Numbered from the stretch's first letter, positions 30,290-42,289 are shown. The stretch is DNA of 64,000 nucleotides from Candidatus Marinacidobacterales bacterium (GCA_965219415.1 CBDCNP010000002.1:4480001-4544000); one strand, 5' to 3'. Translations and numbers: made by a program. The notes: generated by a model from the letters alone, not told the origin.

Positions 30290-31562
30290 TACGAAAACTG
30301 CACCTCCTGGTTGGTGGTCCTCTGCCATCGGTGACATTTGCATTTTCAGCCGCGGCGTTTCCTGGAAGAAATCACAGGAGCGTCGTTCTCCCACGGTCGG
30401 TGCCGTTCCCGTGCTGCGTATTCCGAATGTCCAACGGACCCTTGAGTTGACAAATTTGATGTACATCGATGGCTTGACAAGGGCCCAGCAAACTAAGGCG
30501 CGAGTGAAAGAGGGGTGGACGCTTCTGGTAGGTTCCAATGGCAACCCAAAGCGCGTCGGGAATTGCGTATTCGTAGCTGAGCCACGGGATTTTCTTTTTG
30601 CGAGCTTCCTTATCGGTGCTAAGCCGAACGACCCGGATCGGGTGGATAGCGAGTTCCTCTATAGGTTGCTCAGCTCAGGGTCGGTACAAAATGACATTTG
30701 GCAGAGTGTCCAGGGTTCAACGGGACTTTGCAATATAGACCTGAACATGTTGAAAGCTCTGCATGTTCCGATACCCCCTCTCCCCGAGCAGCGCAAGATT
30801 GCCGCCATCCTGTCGTCGGTGGACGATGTCATCGAGAAGACCCAAGCGGTCATCGACCAGGTGCAGGTCGTCAAGCGCGGCCTGATGCAGGAGCTGCTAA
30901 CTAGGGGCCTGCCAGGACGGCACACGCGGTTCAAGCAAACGGAGATTGGACGGATACCGGAAGAGTGGGAGGTAGTCGAGTTGGCTTCAGTCGCCTCCGT
31001 TGAAAGAGGCAAGTTTGCGCACCGACCGAGAAACGACCCCCAATTCTATGGTGGACAGTACCCGTTCATTCAGACGGGAGATGTAGTAGCCTGTGATGGT
31101 CTTATAAGCAAATATAGCCAAACCCTCAACGAGGATGGGCTCGCAATCAGTAGACTATTTCCTAGCGGTACCATTGTCGTCACGATTGCGGCAAACATTG
31201 GCTCAACTGGCATTACAGTCTTTGATGTTGCCTTTCCCGACAGTCTTGTCGGTGTCCAGGCAGGCCCACGAGTCGATACGCGTTTTCTTGAACTCGTTCT
31301 TCGAAACCGCAAGCGTGAACTGGACAAATTCGCGCCTGAGAGTGCGCAAAAGAACATAAATCTGAACACTTTGAAACCACTCAAGATCCCGTTACCCGCC
31401 ATGTTGGAGCAAACAAAGATAGCCGAGAGTGTGTGGTCCATCATCATGCGCCTGAAGAAGGAAAGCGATCACTATGATGGCCTCACGCGAATCAAGTCCG
31501 CTCTCATGTCTGTCCTCCTCACCGGTGAGATCCGCGTCACCCCTGATCCTGAGGTTGCATGA
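30282..31562 (+). CDS. hsdS: Type I R-M specificity subunit
   Basis: Two TRDs; 'PPLPEQRKIAAILS', 'KRGLMQELLT', 'ALMSVLLTG'. Confidence 0.95.
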   Translation: MSNTKTAPPGWWSSAIGDICIFSRGVSWKKSQERRSPTVGAVPVLRIPNVQRTLELTNLMYIDGLTRAQQTKARVKEGWTLLVGSNGNPKRVGNCVFVAEPRDFLFASFLIGAKPNDPDRVDSEFLYRLLSSGSVQNDIWQSVQGSTGLCNIDLNMLKALHVPIPPLPEQRKIAAILSSVDDVIEKTQAVIDQVQVVKRGLMQELLTRGLPGRHTRFKQTEIGRIPEEWEVVELASVASVERGKFAHRPRNDPQFYGGQYPFIQTGDVVACDGLISKYSQTLNEDGLAISRLFPSGTIVVTIAANIGSTGITVFDVAFPDSLVGVQAGPRVDTRFLELVLRNRKRELDKFAPESAQKNINLNTLKPLKIPLPAMLEQTKIAESVWSIIMRLKKESDHYDGLTRIKSALMSVLLTGEIRVTPDPEVA

Positions 31563-34500
31563 GTCCGAAGACGACGGGATGGGACGAGCTGCACTTGGCA
31601 GAGAATCCCGCAGTCGAGCTAATCGGTTCCCTCGGCTACACCTACGTTCCACCGGAAGACCTTGAAAGCGAACGCCAGAATTTCAAGGAAACTATTCTGA
31701 CTGGACGCCTCGCGGAAGCTCTTAAGCAACTGAATCCTTGGCTCTCCGAGACCAACGTCACCAAGGCGGTGAAGTCGGTGACGCACATCGCTGCAGCCAG
31801 TCTCGCGGAGGCGAACGAGAAGGTCTACACGTCGCTCACCTACGGCATCGCGCTGGAGCAGGACCGGGGTGACGGACGGAAGAGCCACACGGTCCGGTTC
31901 TTCGACTTCGATCGGCCTGACCGCAACGAATGGATCGTTACCCGACAGTACAAGGTGCTCGGGTCGAAGAAGCACATCGTTCCGGATGTCGTGGTGTTCG
32001 CCAACGGCCTACCGCTCGTCGTCATCGAATGCAAGAGCCCCACCATCGGCGATGCTTGGAAGGCGAAGGCGATCCAGCAGCTCCACCGGTACCAGGAGGC
32101 TGGCACGCAGTGGAAGGACCAGGGGGCGCCGAAGCTCTTCGAGGCGGCGCAAATTCTCGTCGGAACCTGTGGCGAACGGGCCGTCTACGGAACGGTCGGC
32201 ACGCCGGAGCGGTTCTTCCTGAAATGGAAGGAGCCGTACCCTCTAAGCGTAAAGCAACTCGGTGAGCGGCTCGGGCGCAAGCCAACGCCGCAGGACGTCT
32301 TGCTGTATGGATTACTCGAGCCGCGCAATCTGCTCGACATCGTGCGGAACTTCGTCGTGTTCGAGGTCGAAGGCGGCCGGAGCGTCCGCAAACTGACACG
32401 CTATAAGCAGTTCATCGCCGTGAACGAGGCCATGGGCCGGATTCGTACGGCTCGGAAGCCTAGCGAGCGCGGCGGTATCGTTTGGCACACACAGGGTTCG
32501 GGCAAGAGCCTGACGATGCTATGGCTTGCACTCAAGCTCCGGCGCGACGCTGCCCAGCAGCAGCCTACCATTGTGATCGTCACCGACCGCACCAAGCTCG
32601 ATCGGCAGATTGCGGGCGTGTTCACTGCGTGCGGTTTCCCGAATCCCGAGCAGGCAAACAGCGTCCGCGATCTGCGGCGAATCCTGGAACATCCGACCGG
32701 CAGGACGGTGATGACCACGATCCAGAAGTTCCAGGAGATCACCGACACCGACCAGCGGGGGGCGGTCCACCCGACACTGTCCGAGGCCACCAACATCTTC
32801 GTCATGGTGGACGAAGCCCACCGCACGCAGTACAGGAGCCTGGCGGCGAACATGCGGCAGGCACTGCCAAATGCGTGCTTTCTCGGCTTCACCGGCACGC
32901 CAATCGACAAGAAGGATCGCAGTACGCTGCAGACATTCGGTCTTTACATCGATACCTACACGATCGAGCAGGCGGTCCAGGACGGGGCGACGGTGCCCAT
33001 CTTCTATGAGAGCCGGCTTCCCGAGCTGCAGATCATCGGGCAAACCATCGATCAGGTGTTCGACCGCGTCTTCGCCGACTACACCGAGGACGAACGGGCC
33101 GTTATCAAACAGCGGTTTGCTACTGAGCAGGCTATCGCGGGCGCGCCGCGTCGCATCGAGACGATTTGTCTGGACCTGATTGACCATTTCACCAGGTTCA
33201 TCGCCCCGAACCGTTTCAAGGCTCAGGTGGTGACCACGAGCCGCCACGCCGCAGTTACTTACAAGGAGACCCTGGACCGGCTGAACGGTCCTGAATCGGC
33301 CCTGATCGTGTCGTCGAGCAACAACGACGAGGAACGGCTTGCGCGGTGGCATCTGGGCAAGGAGCAACAAGACCGGCTCATCGAACGGTTCAAAGACCGG
33401 AACGACCCGCTGTCCATTCTGGTGGTTTGCGACATGCTGCTGACCGGTTTCGACGCGCCGGTCGAGCAGGTCATGTACCTCGATGCGCCGCTCAGGGAGC
33501 ACACGCTGCTACAAGCCATCGCCCGGGTGAACCGGCCGCTCGGGGAGGAGAAGACCTACGGTCTGGTTGTGGACTACTGGGGCGTGTCGGCGAAGCTACA
33601 GGACGCTCTCGCTGTCTTCTCGACCACGCACATTCAGGAGGCACTCACGCCGAAGACGGACGAGTTGCCGCGGCTTCAGAGCCGACACGCGGCCGCGATG
33701 AAGTTCTTCCGAATGGTCAAAGACACGAACGACCTGGAAGCCTGTGTGCGCGTGCTGGAGCCGAAGGATGTCCGTGCGGAGTTCGACCTTGTGTTCCGCC
33801 GCTTCAGCCAGTCGATGGATATGTTGCTGCCGGACCAGCGTGCCCTCGCGTATAACACCGACCTGCGCTGGCTGGGAAAGATTCGTGGAACCGCGCGCGC
33901 CCGCTACCGGGATGACCGGCTCGACCTGTCGGGCTGTGGCGAGAAAGTGCGGAAGCTGATTGCCGACGCCGTGGCTGCGGAGGGCATCCAGATCTTGGTC
34001 AAGGAGGTCCAGCTTTTCTCGCCGGAGTTTGAAGAGAAGGTTGATGCGCTCAAGACCGACGAGGCGAAGGCGAGCGAGATGGAGCACGCCATCCGTCACG
34101 AGATTAATGTCCGCGTGGAAGAGAACCCGGCCTTCTATCAGTCGCTGCGCGAGCGGCTGGAAGAGATCATTGAGCAGCAGCGGCTGGAATGGCTCGATGC
34201 CGCCAAGCAGCTGTCGCTCCTGAATAGCTTGCGCGAAGAACTGAAGGGCGAGCAGGCTCGGGCACAGGACATGGGGCTCGACGGGCGTGGCTTTGCCATC
34301 TACGGGCTGCTGGAGCGGCAACGTCCGATGGCGGAAGGGGGAGATTCCACTTCGTACAACGCCGCCAACCGCGACCTGGCATCGCTCATCGATGAGGCAG
34401 TGACACCCTTCACGGAGCTGGTCGACTGGTGGCAGAAGGATGACCTGCAGCGGCAGATGCGTAGCAAGATCAAGCGTCAGCTTCGTGCAAGCGGGATCTC

Positions 34501-34567
34501 CGCCGAAGCAGTGGAATCGCTGGCGGCGGAAATTGTGGACTTGGCCAAGGTGAGAACCGGCAGATGA
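31559..34567 (+). CDS. hsdR: Type I R-M restriction subunit
   Basis: 'PDVV..NGLPLVVIECK', 'HTQGSGKS', 'DEAHR', 'GFTGTP', 'LQAIARVNR'. Confidence 0.97.
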   Translation: MSPKTTGWDELHLAENPAVELIGSLGYTYVPPEDLESERQNFKETILTGRLAEALKQLNPWLSETNVTKAVKSVTHIAAASLAEANEKVYTSLTYGIALEQDRGDGRKSHTVRFFDFDRPDRNEWIVTRQYKVLGSKKHIVPDVVVFANGLPLVVIECKSPTIGDAWKAKAIQQLHRYQEAGTQWKDQGAPKLFEAAQILVGTCGERAVYGTVGTPERFFLKWKEPYPLSVKQLGERLGRKPTPQDVLLYGLLEPRNLLDIVRNFVVFEVEGGRSVRKLTRYKQFIAVNEAMGRIRTARKPSERGGIVWHTQGSGKSLTMLWLALKLRRDAAQQQPTIVIVTDRTKLDRQIAGVFTACGFPNPEQANSVRDLRRILEHPTGRTVMTTIQKFQEITDTDQRGAVHPTLSEATNIFVMVDEAHRTQYRSLAANMRQALPNACFLGFTGTPIDKKDRSTLQTFGLYIDTYTIEQAVQDGATVPIFYESRLPELQIIGQTIDQVFDRVFADYTEDERAVIKQRFATEQAIAGAPRRIETICLDLIDHFTRFIAPNRFKAQVVTTSRHAAVTYKETLDRLNGPESALIVSSSNNDEERLARWHLGKEQQDRLIERFKDRNDPLSILVVCDMLLTGFDAPVEQVMYLDAPLREHTLLQAIARVNRPLGEEKTYGLVVDYWGVSAKLQDALAVFSTTHIQEALTPKTDELPRLQSRHAAAMKFFRMVKDTNDLEACVRVLEPKDVRAEFDLVFRRFSQSMDMLLPDQRALAYNTDLRWLGKIRGTARARYRDDRLDLSGCGEKVRKLIADAVAAEGIQILVKEVQLFSPEFEEKVDALKTDEAKASEMEHAIRHEINVRVEENPAFYQSLRERLEEIIEQQRLEWLDAAKQLSLLNSLREELKGEQARAQDMGLDGRGFAIYGLLERQRPMAEGGDSTSYNAANRDLASLIDEAVTPFTELVDWWQKDDLQRQMRSKIKRQLRASGISAEAVESLAAEIVDLAKVRTGR

Positions 34568-35292
34568 CAGCCCCGGAGACCTCTGCCATCGTCTGGGGAA
34601 GCAGGCGAGTGTCCTACACTATCCGCCGCAGCGCCCGTCGGAAGAAGACGGTGGCCGTGACGGTAGAGCCCACCGGGAGTGTCTTGGTGATCGCTCCGGA
34701 ACGCCTCGCCACCGACCGACTCGACGCAATTGTGACCCGCAAGGCGGAATGGATCGTGCGGAGGCTCCGGCGTGCCGGGGACCACACCCCGCCCGCTTCG
34801 CCGCGCGAGTTCGTCAGCGGGGAGAGTGTCCTGTACCTGGGGCGGCACTACCGCTTGAAGGTCGATCCGCGCGCGACCGGTGAGGCAAAGCTGCGCGGCG
34901 GATGGCTGCACGTACCCGAGCTGGGGGAAACGCATCAGACCGCCCATGTGCGAGCCGCTTTGGTGTCGTGGTTCCGCCGTCAGGCCGCCGAACGGCTCCC
35001 GGAACGGGTGGAGGCATGGCGCTCGAAGGTGGGTGCTCCAATGCCCCGGGTCATCGTCGCGGACCAACAGAAACGCTGGGGAAGCTGCAACCACCGTGGC
35101 ACGATTCGGCTGAACTGGCGCATCATCCAGGCCCCGATGCGGCTCATCGACTACGTCGTCGTCCACGAGATGGTGCATCTCCTGCACCGCGGCCACGGCC
35201 GTGACTACTGGCAGGCCGTAGGACGGGTTATGCCGGACTACGAGCGGCGCCGAGAGGAACTGCGGCAGTGCGGACCCGGGTTGGCGTGGTAG
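34564..35292 (+). CDS. M48/YgjP (DUF45) zinc metallopeptidase family protein
   Basis: 'RWGSC', 'YVVVHEMVH'; translationally coupled to hsdR. Confidence 0.9.
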   Translation: MTAPETSAIVWGSRRVSYTIRRSARRKKTVAVTVEPTGSVLVIAPERLATDRLDAIVTRKAEWIVRRLRRAGDHTPPASPREFVSGESVLYLGRHYRLKVDPRATGEAKLRGGWLHVPELGETHQTAHVRAALVSWFRRQAAERLPERVEAWRSKVGAPMPRVIVADQQKRWGSCNHRGTIRLNWRIIQAPMRLIDYVVVHEMVHLLHRGHGRDYWQAVGRVMPDYERRREELRQCGPGLAW

Positions 35293-36528
35293 GTATAACA
35301 GCGGCTTCCTGCTGCTCCAGCGTGGTCATTAGCAAGCGTAACATTTGGGCCGAACGGGCCTGAGCCGACGGTTTCGGAAAATCTTGCAATTTGGACAGAA
35401 GGACTGATTTCCCAAGAAAGGCCGATCAACAACGGGCCGAAGAGCGACGATGGACGGGATGCTCTCAAGCCTTGCCGGATCCTGGTTGATACAATCTCCG
35501 AGGCATCCGAGGCAAGTGAGGGTATCAATGAAGCCCAGGCACACCTGGACCAGAAAGTGCTAGCCCGCTACGCCACGGTAGCCCCGGCCTCGATTCTGGG
35601 CCTCGCGGGAGGCCTCTTTTCCGCTGCCGCACGGCCCCCGGTCAGCGCCCGCTCCCCCCTTTGGCGCAAACGTGGCACTCGAAAATCGCGATTAGAGACG
35701 AATGCCGAAAATGAGGCCAGTTCAGCCCTTCTAGCGCGTCTCTGGTGACACCTATCTCTGCAAAACCCCGCGCCAACCGCGCGGAAAATCCCACCTGTCT
35801 CTGCAGTGCCACAATTGGCCAGACTGGGTGGCGGATGGTGCAGTTCGGAGCTATCCGGTCTCGGTAATAAGGTGTATTGCGAGTTTTGCAAGTCTAATGT
35901 GGCCCTTTCGCCGCGCGTGTGGTGGGGCAATGTAGCGAAAACTCAGAGAAGCCCTGGTGCCTACGTCGTTCTATCCTCTTGTACTACAGTGATTTAAAGC
36001 CATCCGTCACGTGCTGGTCCCCGCACGCCTCATCGACGGGGGGGCGTTCGAGTTTATTTGCGAATTGACATTAAATCCGATTTTCTAGACGGCAATCTCA
36101 ACCTCCTTGACGCCTGTAAGAGGGCCGTGTCGTAAACTCTCCGACGGAGGCTACACTCGTAAGTCATTGTAGTGAAAAGCTCTTACGCCTCATCGATGGA
36201 CGCGTCGTCGACGGGAACTCCTTTCCGACTATCGCAGTCGTAAGGCTCAAGTGGGGGCAAGTGGAGCTATTCGGCTCTTGGCAGCAAACAAGCAGTAACG
36301 GTGCAAAACAGGTCATAAAAATGCAATTGGAGGGCATTTCGGGGCTGAATCGAGCGTTAATCGCTCAGCTAATGGGAAAACGCCGTCGTGTCCAAAAACA
36401 CAAACGAACTCAAGACCCGCACGCCGCCGATGTCATCATTAGTGAGGGGGGCGATGCCGTTCGCCGACTGATGGAGATCAAGAGCGAGCGTGGCCGCGGC
36501 CGCAGGTTGGCTTACAACGTGACCTGCC

Positions 36529-38143
36529 TCACAGCGTTGCGACGAGGGCACGCTGCTCCTCCCAATCGTCGGGAAGCGGATGATGGAGGAGGTAGCTCGA
36601 GGTCAGCCCAACGGGCTGACGGCCTTCGACAATGGCACGGACGATGTCGGGAGCCAGGAATGCATAACGGATTGCCTTGCGCACGCGGTCCGTTGGGATG
36701 GCGTCTTCGGTGGCAATCTGCTCATAGGTTTTGCCTGCTTTGATTCGGTCGAGCCAGGAGAAGGCGTTGGCGATATTGCGCAGGAGTGTGCGGTCGACGG
36801 ATTTCGTGGGGTTGCCCAGAACGAGCTTGGTCTCGACGCCGCGTCGACGCAAGCGGAACGGTGCGTGGATGCGGAGTGCATCCTCGCGAATGCGGTCGGG
36901 TCCCATAGACAGGCAATCAGCGAACGAATTGTGGTCGAGCAGGATGGACACAGAGCCTGGGCTGATATCGACCCGCCGGATGAAACGGAGCAGGCTGGCT
37001 GCCGAGGCACTATCATCATTACTACCGGAACACAGCCCGTCTAAAAAGCGACGCACCGAGGCGAGCTCTTGCATCGTCGGAGTGTGGATCAACGAGGCCG
37101 AGAAGGTCGTGGCATCCACATGCTGTCGGATGAGATGCACGACGGTCTGTTCCAGCATCGGGGCGGGCAGTCGCCAGCCGGAGAGGTCCTTTTGGCCACT
37201 GTGCTGGATGAGGCGCCGGGAGACGTAGTAGCGGAGCCGTTGCCCGTTTTTCTTTTTGGTGTGGCTCGGCGTCAGCCGGTCCCCGGTCTCATCGAAGAGC
37301 TTGCCTGCCAGTGGGGAACGGGTTGCACGGCCCTTCGTCGTGCGTCTCCTTGGTTTGGCAGCCCCTGCCTGCAGCTGCGTTTGGACCGCGTCCCAGAGCT
37401 CCGGAGCAATGATCGATGGATGCTGGCCCTCGTAGACACGCCTCTGGTGCCGGATGCGGCCGGCGTAGAGAGGATTGGTCAGCAGGCAGTGGAGGTGTCC
37501 GCGACGGAACGGCAGCCCGCCCGTTAGGGTTCCATCCGCGGCGAAGCGTCGCTTGGTGCGCAGTCCCAGACGGTCCGCGTCGGCCTTCACCTGCCGGAGC
37601 GTTCCGTGCTGCCGGTACAGCGCATAGAGAGTCCGGACCGTTTCGGCCTCAGCCTCGTTGATGCGCAGCGTGCGCTCGTCCTTCTCATAGCCGAGCGGTA
37701 CGCGGCCGCCCATCCATAGTCCCTTGCGCTTGGAGGCAGCGACCTTATCGCGGATCCGCTCGGCCGTGACCTCGCGTTCGAATTGTGCGAAGGACAGCAG
37801 CATATGCAGCGTCAGTCGTCCCATGCTGGTCGCGGTGTTGAAGGACTGGGTCACCGAGACGAAAACCGCGCCGGCCGCCTCCAGCTGTTCGACGAGCTTC
37901 GCAAAGTCGGAGAGGGAACGGGTCAGCCGGTCGACCTTGTAGACCACCACCTGCTCGACGAGACCGGCATCGATGTCGGCGAGCAAGCGCTGCAGGCCCG
38001 GACGCTCCAGGGTTCCTCCCGAGAGCCCCGCGTCCTCGTAGACAGTTGGCAGCAGCACCCAGTCCTCCGCCTTGTGGCTCGCGACATATGCGGCGCAGGC
38101 CTCCCGCTGTGCATCGAGGGAGTTGAAATCCTGTTCGAGACCC
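36529..38143 (-). pseudogene. Large serine recombinase, N-terminus (catalytic Ser region) removed at a Y end
   Basis: 'NSLDAQREAC', 'SGGTLERPGL', 'YKVDRLTRS', 'AQFEREVT.ERIRDK'. Confidence 0.88.
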
Positions 38144-38675
38144 CGTCCTGTGCCAAAACTCGGCCCTTTTGAAATAGGCCATAAATCAGCAGCTTAGTGT
38201 CTGTGTTTGCGACTGGGCCAAGGCCGTAGGCTTTACAATCGTCTGGCCCGAGGGTGTTATCTTCAGCTCCATGATGACCTACCACCACGTGCAATTCCTA
38301 CTGCTCGTTGTGGCTGGCTGGGTCAACCGCCAGCAGCAGGATGTGATCGACTACCTGCAAGAGGAGAACCGTGTGCTCCGAGCCGGGCTTCGGGGCAAGC
38401 GTCTCAAGCTCTCTGACGACGACCGGCGCAGGCTCGCCGTCAAGGCCCAGGCTTTGGGCCGCGAGGCGCTGGCCCAGATTGCGTCGGTTGCCACACCCGC
38501 TACGCTTCTGCGCTGGTACCGCTGCCTCATCGCAGCTAAGTACGATGGCAGCAAGAACCGGAGCCCAGGCCGACCTCCGACGGCGAAGGATATCCGTGAG
38601 CTCATTGTACGCGTGGCGCGAGAGAACCCGACGTGGGGATATACGCGCCTGCGGGGCGCACTCAAGAACCTCGGA
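38144..38675 (+). mobile_element. Y left end plus N-terminal part of its rve integrase
   Basis: '[23 protein letters not shown]...[18 protein letters not shown]'. Confidence 0.85.
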
Positions 38676-38889
38676 TGTGTGCCGGTGATTCGCTTTGTGA
38701 TGGTGGTGAGGGACGGGTAGGTTTTGCCGTCGAACCGATAGCCGTTGTCGAGTACCTCGACCTGATAGGTCCTGCCATTCCACTCACGGACAAGATGGGT
38801 GCCGGGAGAAACGGACCCTGCGGGAGCTGGGTATTCTGGTGTTCCGTTCACCATGGCGGCCAGAGCGCGTCGGGTTGCGGCCGAATGCC
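38676..38889 (-). pseudogene. DUF2924 fragment (usual upstream partner of this recombinase type)
   Basis: 'PGTHLVREWNG.TYQV.V...GY.FDG..Y.SL...ITGT'. Confidence 0.8.
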
Positions 38890-39166
38890 TGTGCCTTCTA
38901 TTTATTCATCCGCGCGCCCCGAACTTGATCGGTCTCCGGTCTCCCGGGACCATGTCTGCATGATCTCGTCGTTTGTTCGCGCTCGGCTGTGCCTTCTATT
39001 TATTCATCCGCGCCGACCCGAACCTGATCGGTCTCCGATCTGCCGGGACTATGCCTGCATGATTTCGTCGTTTGTTCGCGCTCGGCCCTGGGCACGGCCG
39101 CAAACACAGACTCTAAGTTGCTGATTTATGGGCTATTTCAAAAGGGCTGAGTTTTGGCACAGGACG
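38890..39166 (+). mobile_element. Partial plus complete MITE M4 in tandem (X to Y, 179 bp, 38988-39166)
   Basis: Second unit restarts with TGTGCCTTC at 38988; same as 46394-46571 reversed. Confidence 0.85.
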
Positions 39167-39268
39167 CGGTCGCACGGGTTGTCGGCCAGGAACTCCATCG
39201 CAATGGACGGCACGCACTGGCCGATCTGCGTATTCGCGTTGCCATCCGCGACGAGCGCCACGCGGGCC

Positions 39269-39372
39269 TGACCTGACCCCACGGTTGGTACCACGTTGTA
39301 TCTCAGTTATTCGGTGCTGACAAGAGCTGGTTGAAGCCGGCGTAGCGGAGCCGGTTTCAACCAAATCGTTTC
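39269..39372 (+). repeat. IS3-like end fragment with hairpin, copy 2
   Basis: Matches 23692-23796. Confidence 0.7.
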
Positions 39373-39396
39373 CGGGGACGTTAGAATGGCTTCGTT

Positions 39397-40155
39397 ATGT
39401 CGAAGCTGTACTTTCGGACTCTATGGGCCGGCGTCGCGTCGCCCTTTGCGGCAGCGGGTCTTGGTCTGTTCGTCTATCGGAGCCTGACGCGTGCGAGCAC
39501 CGACAGGGACGCCGACTTCGTCTTCCGTCTCTCCATAGTCGCGATCGCGATGGCCTTGCCGGGCGTCATCACTCTCGTCCTCGCGCTCGCCGACCACCGC
39601 AAAGGAGCCTTCTCAACAGTGAGCAAGGTGGGCCTGATGCTCGGCATTCTGTCGCTCGGTCTCGTGTTCCTTCCGATTCGAGGCGTCGTCGAGCGCGCTA
39701 CGCAGGCGCGGAACCTAGCGCTCAGTGACGTCGAGGCGCCGCCTTTCTCGACGGCGGATATCCACGGCAACACGCATCGTCTCGACGAGCATGGAGGAAA
39801 GGTCGTGCTCGTAAACGTTTGGGCGACCTGGTGCCCGCCGTGCCGCAAGGAAATGCCGGACCTCGACAAGCTCTATCAGGAACGCAAGAAACAGGGATTC
39901 ATGGTCTTCGGCCTCTCCATAGAGGACCTCGAAACGCAGCTCGACTTCGAAGAAAACGTCCTGTCGGTGAGCTACCCCCTCCTGACGATCGAGGGGGACG
40001 TCCCCGAGATTTATCAGACGACGGCGCGATACCCCGCCAACTACCTAATCGATCGCGAAGGACGGCTGCAACCCGCTCCGAGCACGGAGCAGCCTTTCGA
40101 GAATCTCGTCGTCGCCGTCGACGCGCTCCTGAAGCAGCAGATCAATCGTCGGTAG
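39397..40155 (+). CDS. Membrane-anchored TlpA-family thiol-disulfide oxidoreductase
   Basis: 'VNVWATWCPPCRKEMP'; three N-terminal TM segments. Confidence 0.9.
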   Translation: MSKLYFRTLWAGVASPFAAAGLGLFVYRSLTRASTDRDADFVFRLSIVAIAMALPGVITLVLALADHRKGAFSTVSKVGLMLGILSLGLVFLPIRGVVERATQARNLALSDVEAPPFSTADIHGNTHRLDEHGGKVVLVNVWATWCPPCRKEMPDLDKLYQERKKQGFMVFGLSIEDLETQLDFEENVLSVSYPLLTIEGDVPEIYQTTARYPANYLIDREGRLQPAPSTEQPFENLVVAVDALLKQQINRR

Positions 40156-40162
40156 CGACGGC

Positions 40163-40307
40163 GGTGCTTGCGCTGTTTGCTGTTGGTGATGTGTACGTAT
40201 CCCTTTGCAAAAAAAGCGCTTACGCTTCATTTAGCGCGCGGCGAAGGTCGTGAGCGCTATTTGGGCTGTAATTTAATGCAGCGTAAAGTCTTAGCGTCAT
40301 CTCACCA
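40163..40307 (-). mobile_element. MITE M1 truncated by rve IS copy 5
   Basis: Starts GGTGCTTGCGCTGTTTG. Confidence 0.85.
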
Positions 40308-41592
40308 TGTGCATCGTCAAAACTGCTCCGCCCACGAAATCAAGGACTTACGCTCCGCTTGAATTCCGGGCCGAAGACGGCGAAACTCCGCCGCTATGCT
40401 CGACGTTGTTGTTTTCCTCGTCTCACTTGGCGTCCGTGCCATTCGGGCGATGTGTCGGCGCCGCGCCGACCTGGTGTTGGAGAACGTCGCTTTGCGGCAG
40501 CAAGTGACGGCGCTGAAGAAAGAGCGCCCACGCCCACCGCTCGAAGACACGGAACGGGCTTTCTGGGTTGCTCTTCGAGGTTCGTGGCCCGTGTGGGCGA
40601 GCCGCCTGCTCATCGTCCACGCGGACACCGTAGCCCGTTGGCATCGCGACCGATTCCGACGGTACTGGGCAAAGATCTCGCAGCGCCGCCATCCCGGTCG
40701 GCCTCGGATTGATGCCGAGATTCGCCGCCTCGTCCGCACGATGGCGCAAGACGGCTGGGGGGCGCCACGCATCCATGCTGAGCTCACCAAGCTCGGTTTC
40801 ATCATCTCCGAGAGCACGGTGTCGCGATACTTGCCGCAGCGTCCCGCGGAGCCCGACCAGCTGAAGCGATGGATGGCTTTCTTGCGCAACCATAAAGACG
40901 ATATCGCCGCCATGGATCTGTTCACCGTGCCCACCGCTTCGCTCCGGCTGCTGTACGGCTTCTTCGTCATCGAGCACGGTCGCCGGCACATCGTTCACTT
41001 CAACGCCACGTTCCACCCGACGTCTGCTTGGGTTATTCAGCAACTACGCGAGGCGTTTCCCTACGACACCGCTCCGAGATATCTCATCTTCGATCGCGAC
41101 TTCATCTTTAACGCTGCGGTCATCGAGTTCATCAAGGCAACGGGCACAAAACCCGTTCGCACTTCGTTTCGCAGCCCATGGCAAAACGGAACTGCGGAGC
41201 GGTGGGTCGGCAGCTGCCGTCGCGAGCTCCTTGAGCACGTCGTGGTTCTCGGCGCATGTCATCTCATCCGGCTCGTGCGAGCTTACATCAGCTACTATCA
41301 CGAGGACCGTTGCCACTTGGGGCTGAACAAGGACACACCGAGCTTGAGAGCGGTCACGCACCGACCGTCTCCTACGGCGAAAGTCGTCGCACTGCCGCGA
41401 GTCGGTGGATTGCACCATCGATACGAGTGGCGAGAGGCAGCCTGAGTCAGCTTGGTCGCTCGCGTTATTCGGCTGGTCGCCGAGAAGTTCGTCCTCAGCA
41501 CCTTCCCTCGCGCGCTGACCACGCTCTCCAGCATGTGCTCGAGGGCAGTCCGGGCCTAGAGTCCAGTCCCGGACAGATGATGATGATGGACA
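40308..41592 (+). mobile_element. rve IS copy 5 (transposase 40396..41445)
   Basis: Ends intact; no TSD. Confidence 0.95.
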
Positions 41593-41645
41593 GCATCTGG
41601 TTCTCCGGTTTCGGACTCCGCACGCACATGAACGACGGAGGGCTC

Positions 41646-42065
41646 TTAGGCTGGGTTATCAATGATGGATATTCCTAGGAGTTCGGCGCGTTCGATGATA
41701 CGGACTCCCGCCTCTTGTCGTTCGGCGAGCGTCCGGAACTCAACGGACAGCCCACGGAGAACTCCGCCCTTGATGTTCACAAGTGCAGCGTCGCCCTCGC
41801 GTGTTCGCAATATCTCCGCTTCCATCAAAAGCGCCTTGGAACTGTTGCGCAATGTCAAACCCGCACCTGTTCGGGCCACGGGTCGAGCGGGGTTATGCTG
41901 GATCGTCAACAAGATATCGGTGCTGTCAATATCGAAAGCATGAAGCTCAAACTTCTCCTCGCCCCAAGGCAACACGGCGACGACGCCATAGGCCAAAACA
42001 ACTCCTGAGATGCGGCGCCCGTCTTCTGCCCGTAGTTCGGTCGCAAACCGCTGCTCAGATTTCAT
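41646..42065 (-). pseudogene. HK97-type phage prohead protease, probably with a premature stop
   Basis: 'QHNPARPVART', 'LRGLSVEF', 'ELLGISIIDNPA*' where PAY is expected. Confidence 0.75.
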
Positions 42066-42099
42066 CTGGACATCCAGCGCGCTCCAGCCCAACATCGTT

Positions 42100-42270
42100 C
42101 CGGACAACAAGCGCAAGCCTCTCGTCGCGAGCATCTTCGTGGCGCTCAATGTAATCAGCCACTTCCCAATCCAGCGCCTGCATCAGCATTCGATGGGTAC
42201 CTTCCCGAGACAGCTCGTCCAACTCCTCGCTCACCACCGTGGCTCTTTCTTTCTGGGGAGGTTCCATCCG
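42100..42270 (-). pseudogene. IS256-like transposase N-terminal remnant
   Basis: 'LDELSREGTHRMLMQALDWEVADYIERH...VVRN'. Confidence 0.6.
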
Positions 42271-42289
42271 CGCCGCAAGCCGTTCGACC

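Noticed and set aside
35700-36380. Possible tRNA/att site or ncRNA in the long intergenic region
   Set aside because: 'GACTGGGTGGCGGA...' only loosely resembles a tRNA 3' complement; no cloverleaf or partner att copy could be identified.
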